From Callorhinchus milii (Eukaryota), in assembly GCF_018977255.1 (NCBI RefSeq), contig NW_024704742.1, forward strand, positions 22,198,001 to 22,262,000: a stretch of DNA of 64,000 nucleotides, in the 5' to 3' direction. Positions 63,591-64,000 of this stretch are shown in pieces. Below the pieces are notes generated by a model. It saw only the letters and a list, made by a program, of their open reading frames with translations, made no database searches and had not been told where the DNA came from. The position numbers were made by a program, and so were the translations under genes. The number at the start of each line of letters is the position of its first letter. Positions within the stretch are counted from its first letter, which is position 1.

Positions 63591-64000
63591 TTTGATAGAT
63601 GAAGCGGCCGTTCTCCCGTTCACACACCAACCAGCGTTGAAAGTGGAGGCTGACTTGCGAGCTGCGCACACCATGTGCAAACGCATGTGCACACACAGCG
63701 AAGTGATTAACGATCGACGGAAGGGCTCCAAAATCCGCTGTAACCACTGGCACTCGGGGTTTTAGTGACAGAATTACGAGTACCTGTAATTCCTTCCCTA
63801 CACCACTTCACACACGGTGCATCCAACCTGCAAGTCAGACCTCCACGTGTCTCTTTCTCACGGATTAGACCTCAGACCCATCTGACATCAGTAGCCCTTT
63901 AAAGTCTGGTCTGTGGTCTGGTCTTCTCTGACCACTTGAGTTCAGTCCCTGGTTTCATAATGCCATCTTGCAGGGTTTTTGTTTTGTTTGCCTCCCCCTC

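Noticed and set aside
55000..64000. 3' exons of TTC29, the next gene in mammalian synteny
   Set aside because: No exon with recognisable TTC29/TPR sequence could be identified by eye.

Overview
Vertebrate (eukaryotic) genomic DNA. The repeat landscape (tRNA-derived SINEs, Deu-domain SINEs, L2 and CR1 LINEs, Penelope-type remnants, abundant microsatellites) points to a cartilaginous fish, plausibly a chimaera; this is inferred, not verified. Two divergently transcribed genes are present. SLC10A7 lies on the - strand, with coding exons 1-4 (13540-13639, 10216-10298, 6854-6990, 3244-3319; all GT-AG and phase-consistent) and the rest of the gene off the left edge. POU4F2/Brn3b lies on the + strand (exon 1 49462-49698, exon 2 50490-51638). 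This matches the SLC10A7-POU4F2 synteny known in mammals. As assembled, POU4F2 exon 2 carries two compensating frameshifts in homopolymer runs, probably sequencing errors. The left ~40 kb is TE-rich and CpG-poor. From ~41 kb onward the DNA is TE-poor, retains CpG and has many homeodomain-site clusters, as expected for a developmental-gene regulatory domain. The most interesting signals are: (1) small TSD-flanked fold-back elements carrying degenerate minimal hammerhead ribozyme motifs; (2) a perfect 32-bp hairpin built from an L2 3' tail (proto-miRNA-like); (3) an intron-encoded short-isoform start of POU4F2 (MCALYLQLQ); (4) SINE/L2 shared 3' stem-loops with two loop variants; (5) a higher-order trinucleotide array in frame with the SLC10A7 start codon. 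No prokaryote-type system (CRISPR array, operon, defence system) is supported. Most ORFs in the supplied track are artefacts of simple repeats or TE remnants.
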